Part shown: piece after piece, positions 62,541 through 64,000 of the stretch | Position numbering within the stretch: position 1 is the first letter of the stretch | Layout of the letters: each line of letters starts with the position of its first letter | Source: a bacterium | GTDB taxonomy: Bacteria; Hydrothermota; UBA3073; JACQXS01; JAQTXJ01 | DNA: 64,000 nucleotides | Direction: 5' to 3' | Assembly (NCBI GenBank): GCA_028716385.1 | Contig: JAQUPX010000004.1 | Location: 49,936 to 113,935, forward strand | Made by a program: the position numbers and the translations under genes | The notes under the pieces: model-generated | Databases searched by the model: none | What the model saw: the letters and a program-made list of their open reading frames with translations, nothing else | What the model was told of the DNA's origin: nothing

Positions 62541-64000
62541 ATGATGATATTAATAATTACTCTTTTGTATTTTAATGAACCTTTATTTTTAGAGAAGGAG
62601 TCATTCCTTCGAGGAAGTATTTCAAAACAAACCGTTAATGCAGAATTTAAATTAGCGGATAGCATTTCGGGATACGACGTAATAAATTATGATATCCGGC
62701 TTGAAATCAGTTTTCCGGGAAAGCAAATAACAAAAGGATGGACAGAAATAACGGCTGTAGCAACCGACAATATAGATACGGCACAATTCAACTTTGTCGG
62801 GTTGAATATTGACAGCGTTGTGGTTAATGGAATAGGCACTAATTATACCAGAACTGATAGCGGACTAAATAAATTATTGAATGTCGATTTAGGAACTACC
62901 ATTATGACGGGCGATACTTTTGTAATCGGGATTGGCTATAATGGGACACCTTCAGAAGGATTGTATTATAGCACGGTTAATGCCGGAATTGCCTATACAA
63001 TGAGCGTTATATGGCCTGTGCCCGTAGGCGCAAGATACTGGTTCCCTTGTAATGATGTTTTTACGGATAAGGCGACTTCTTCTATCTCAATAACTGTGCC
63101 TTTAGGCTATGACGTTGTAGCAAACGGGGTGTTGGAAAAAGTTGATACTATAAGCACAAACTGTAAATATAAATGGGTGGAAAGTTATTCAATCCCTACC
63201 TGGTATTTAGCATTTTCTATTTCTAAGTATGTTATCCTGCGTGACACTTTTAGTTATAAAGGGGATACTATGCCTGTTGCTAATTTTGTATTCCGTTCTG
63301 ATTCTGCGAGTGCAGTAACCGCATTTTCTAATGTTACGGATATGCTTACTTTTTTTTCGGATACATTTGGAGACGGGTATCCTTTTTTTAATGAAAAATA
63401 CGGATTTGTTCGGTTACCGGATTTAAAATGGGCAATGGAATATCCGACAAACGTATTCTTTGCGCTTACAATACCTAATAACCATACCCGTGAGATGACA
63501 ATTGCGCACGAAACGTCTCATCAATGGTGGGGTGGCTCAATTACCCCGATTAGCACTAAAGATATTTGGTTAAATGAGGGGTTTGCTACTTACAGCGAAG
63601 CATTGTATTCAAATCATTGGCAGAGCGGTTTATCTTATAAAAATTATATGAAATTGCAAATTATGGATACTTTTCTTGTGCAAGAGAATTCCCCCCTGGG
63701 ACATCCTTTTTCTATATATGCTCCATCAGATAATTGTTTATGGACACCAACAACTTATGAAAAAGGTGCGTCAGTACTTCATATGTTAAGACATATAACC
63801 GGGGATAGTTTATTTTTTGCAATCTTGAAAAATTATTATGCTACTTATAAGTATAAAACTGCAAGCACGGCAGATTTTCAAAATATTGTCGAAGGTATGT
63901 ACGGCAAAGATTTGGATTGGTTTTTTGACGAGTGGATATATAAAGCCGGACATCCAAGTTATGAATATGCATTCTGGTATGATTCGCTTGCCGTGGATAG
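62541..64000 (+). CDS. M1 family zinc aminopeptidase (aminopeptidase N-like); 3' end cut by window edge
   Basis: Not in the ORF track because it runs off the window. Frame open from the ATG at 62541. IAHETSHQWWG...WLNEGFATYSE = HExxH-X18-E. WAMEY at the GAMEN position. Confidence 0.85.
   Translation, partial: MMILIITLLYFNEPLFLEKESFLRGSISKQTVNAEFKLADSISGYDVINYDIRLEISFPGKQITKGWTEITAVATDNIDTAQFNFVGLNIDSVVVNGIGTNYTRTDSGLNKLLNVDLGTTIMTGDTFVIGIGYNGTPSEGLYYSTVNAGIAYTMSVIWPVPVGARYWFPCNDVFTDKATSSISITVPLGYDVVANGVLEKVDTISTNCKYKWVESYSIPTWYLAFSISKYVILRDTFSYKGDTMPVANFVFRSDSASAVTAFSNVTDMLTFFSDTFGDGYPFFNEKYGFVRLPDLKWAMEYPTNVFFALTIPNNHTREMTIAHETSHQWWGGSITPISTKDIWLNEGFATYSEALYSNHWQSGLSYKNYMKLQIMDTFLVQENSPLGHPFSIYAPSDNCLWTPTTYEKGASVLHMLRHITGDSLFFAILKNYYATYKYKTASTADFQNIVEGMYGKDLDWFFDEWIYKAGHPSYEYAFWYDSLAVD

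Noticed and set aside
1-64000. Search for prophage, IS, integron, CRISPR-Cas, restriction-modification or toxin-antitoxin modules
   Set aside because: No transposase, integrase, Cas, capsid/terminase, REase or TA-like gene pairs were recognised. The two SAM methyltransferases look like small-molecule or generic class I enzymes without DNA-MTase motifs.

Overview
Visibly AT-rich bacterial chromosome segment with about 62 protein genes in seven alternating strand blocks and 2 tRNAs (Pro-TGG, Ser-GCT). No rRNA, CRISPR array, transposase, integrase or phage genes were recognised. Bacterial diderm markers are present (Lnt, SPOR protein, PBP1A, sigma-70 factor, NrdR, HolA, AccBC). Five secreted proteins end in T9SS-type C-terminal sorting domains, which suggests an uncultivated FCB/Bacteroidota-related lineage with an anaerobic lifestyle (rubrerythrin, Hrb-type rubredoxin, IorAB). 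Most of the window is housekeeping. Items worth a second look: (1) a tightly coupled operon at 3.8-8.8 kb encoding a PqqD-like protein, an ATP-grasp ligase, a PLP decarboxylase and a urea-transporter/M23 fusion, which matches no pathway I know; (2) a molybdopterin-oxidoreductase / HycB-like / HycG(NuoB)-like trio with no hydrogenase large subunit (37.8-40.3 kb), next to tRNA-Ser and a GIY-YIG gene and bracketed by odd T-poor repeats; (3) archaeal-type gatD/gatE in a bacterial context; (4) a radical-SAM/SPASM - GT2 - orphan GlmL-like ATPase - unknown protein operon (57.5-62.5 kb); (5) a ~45-60 nt hairpin repeat family (3 copies, with a compensatory stem change), one copy sitting inside a 110-bp-period duplication of the nrdR start; (6) an unknown gene translationally coupled between iorA and iorB. 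All functional calls come from motif recognition by eye. No database search was run.
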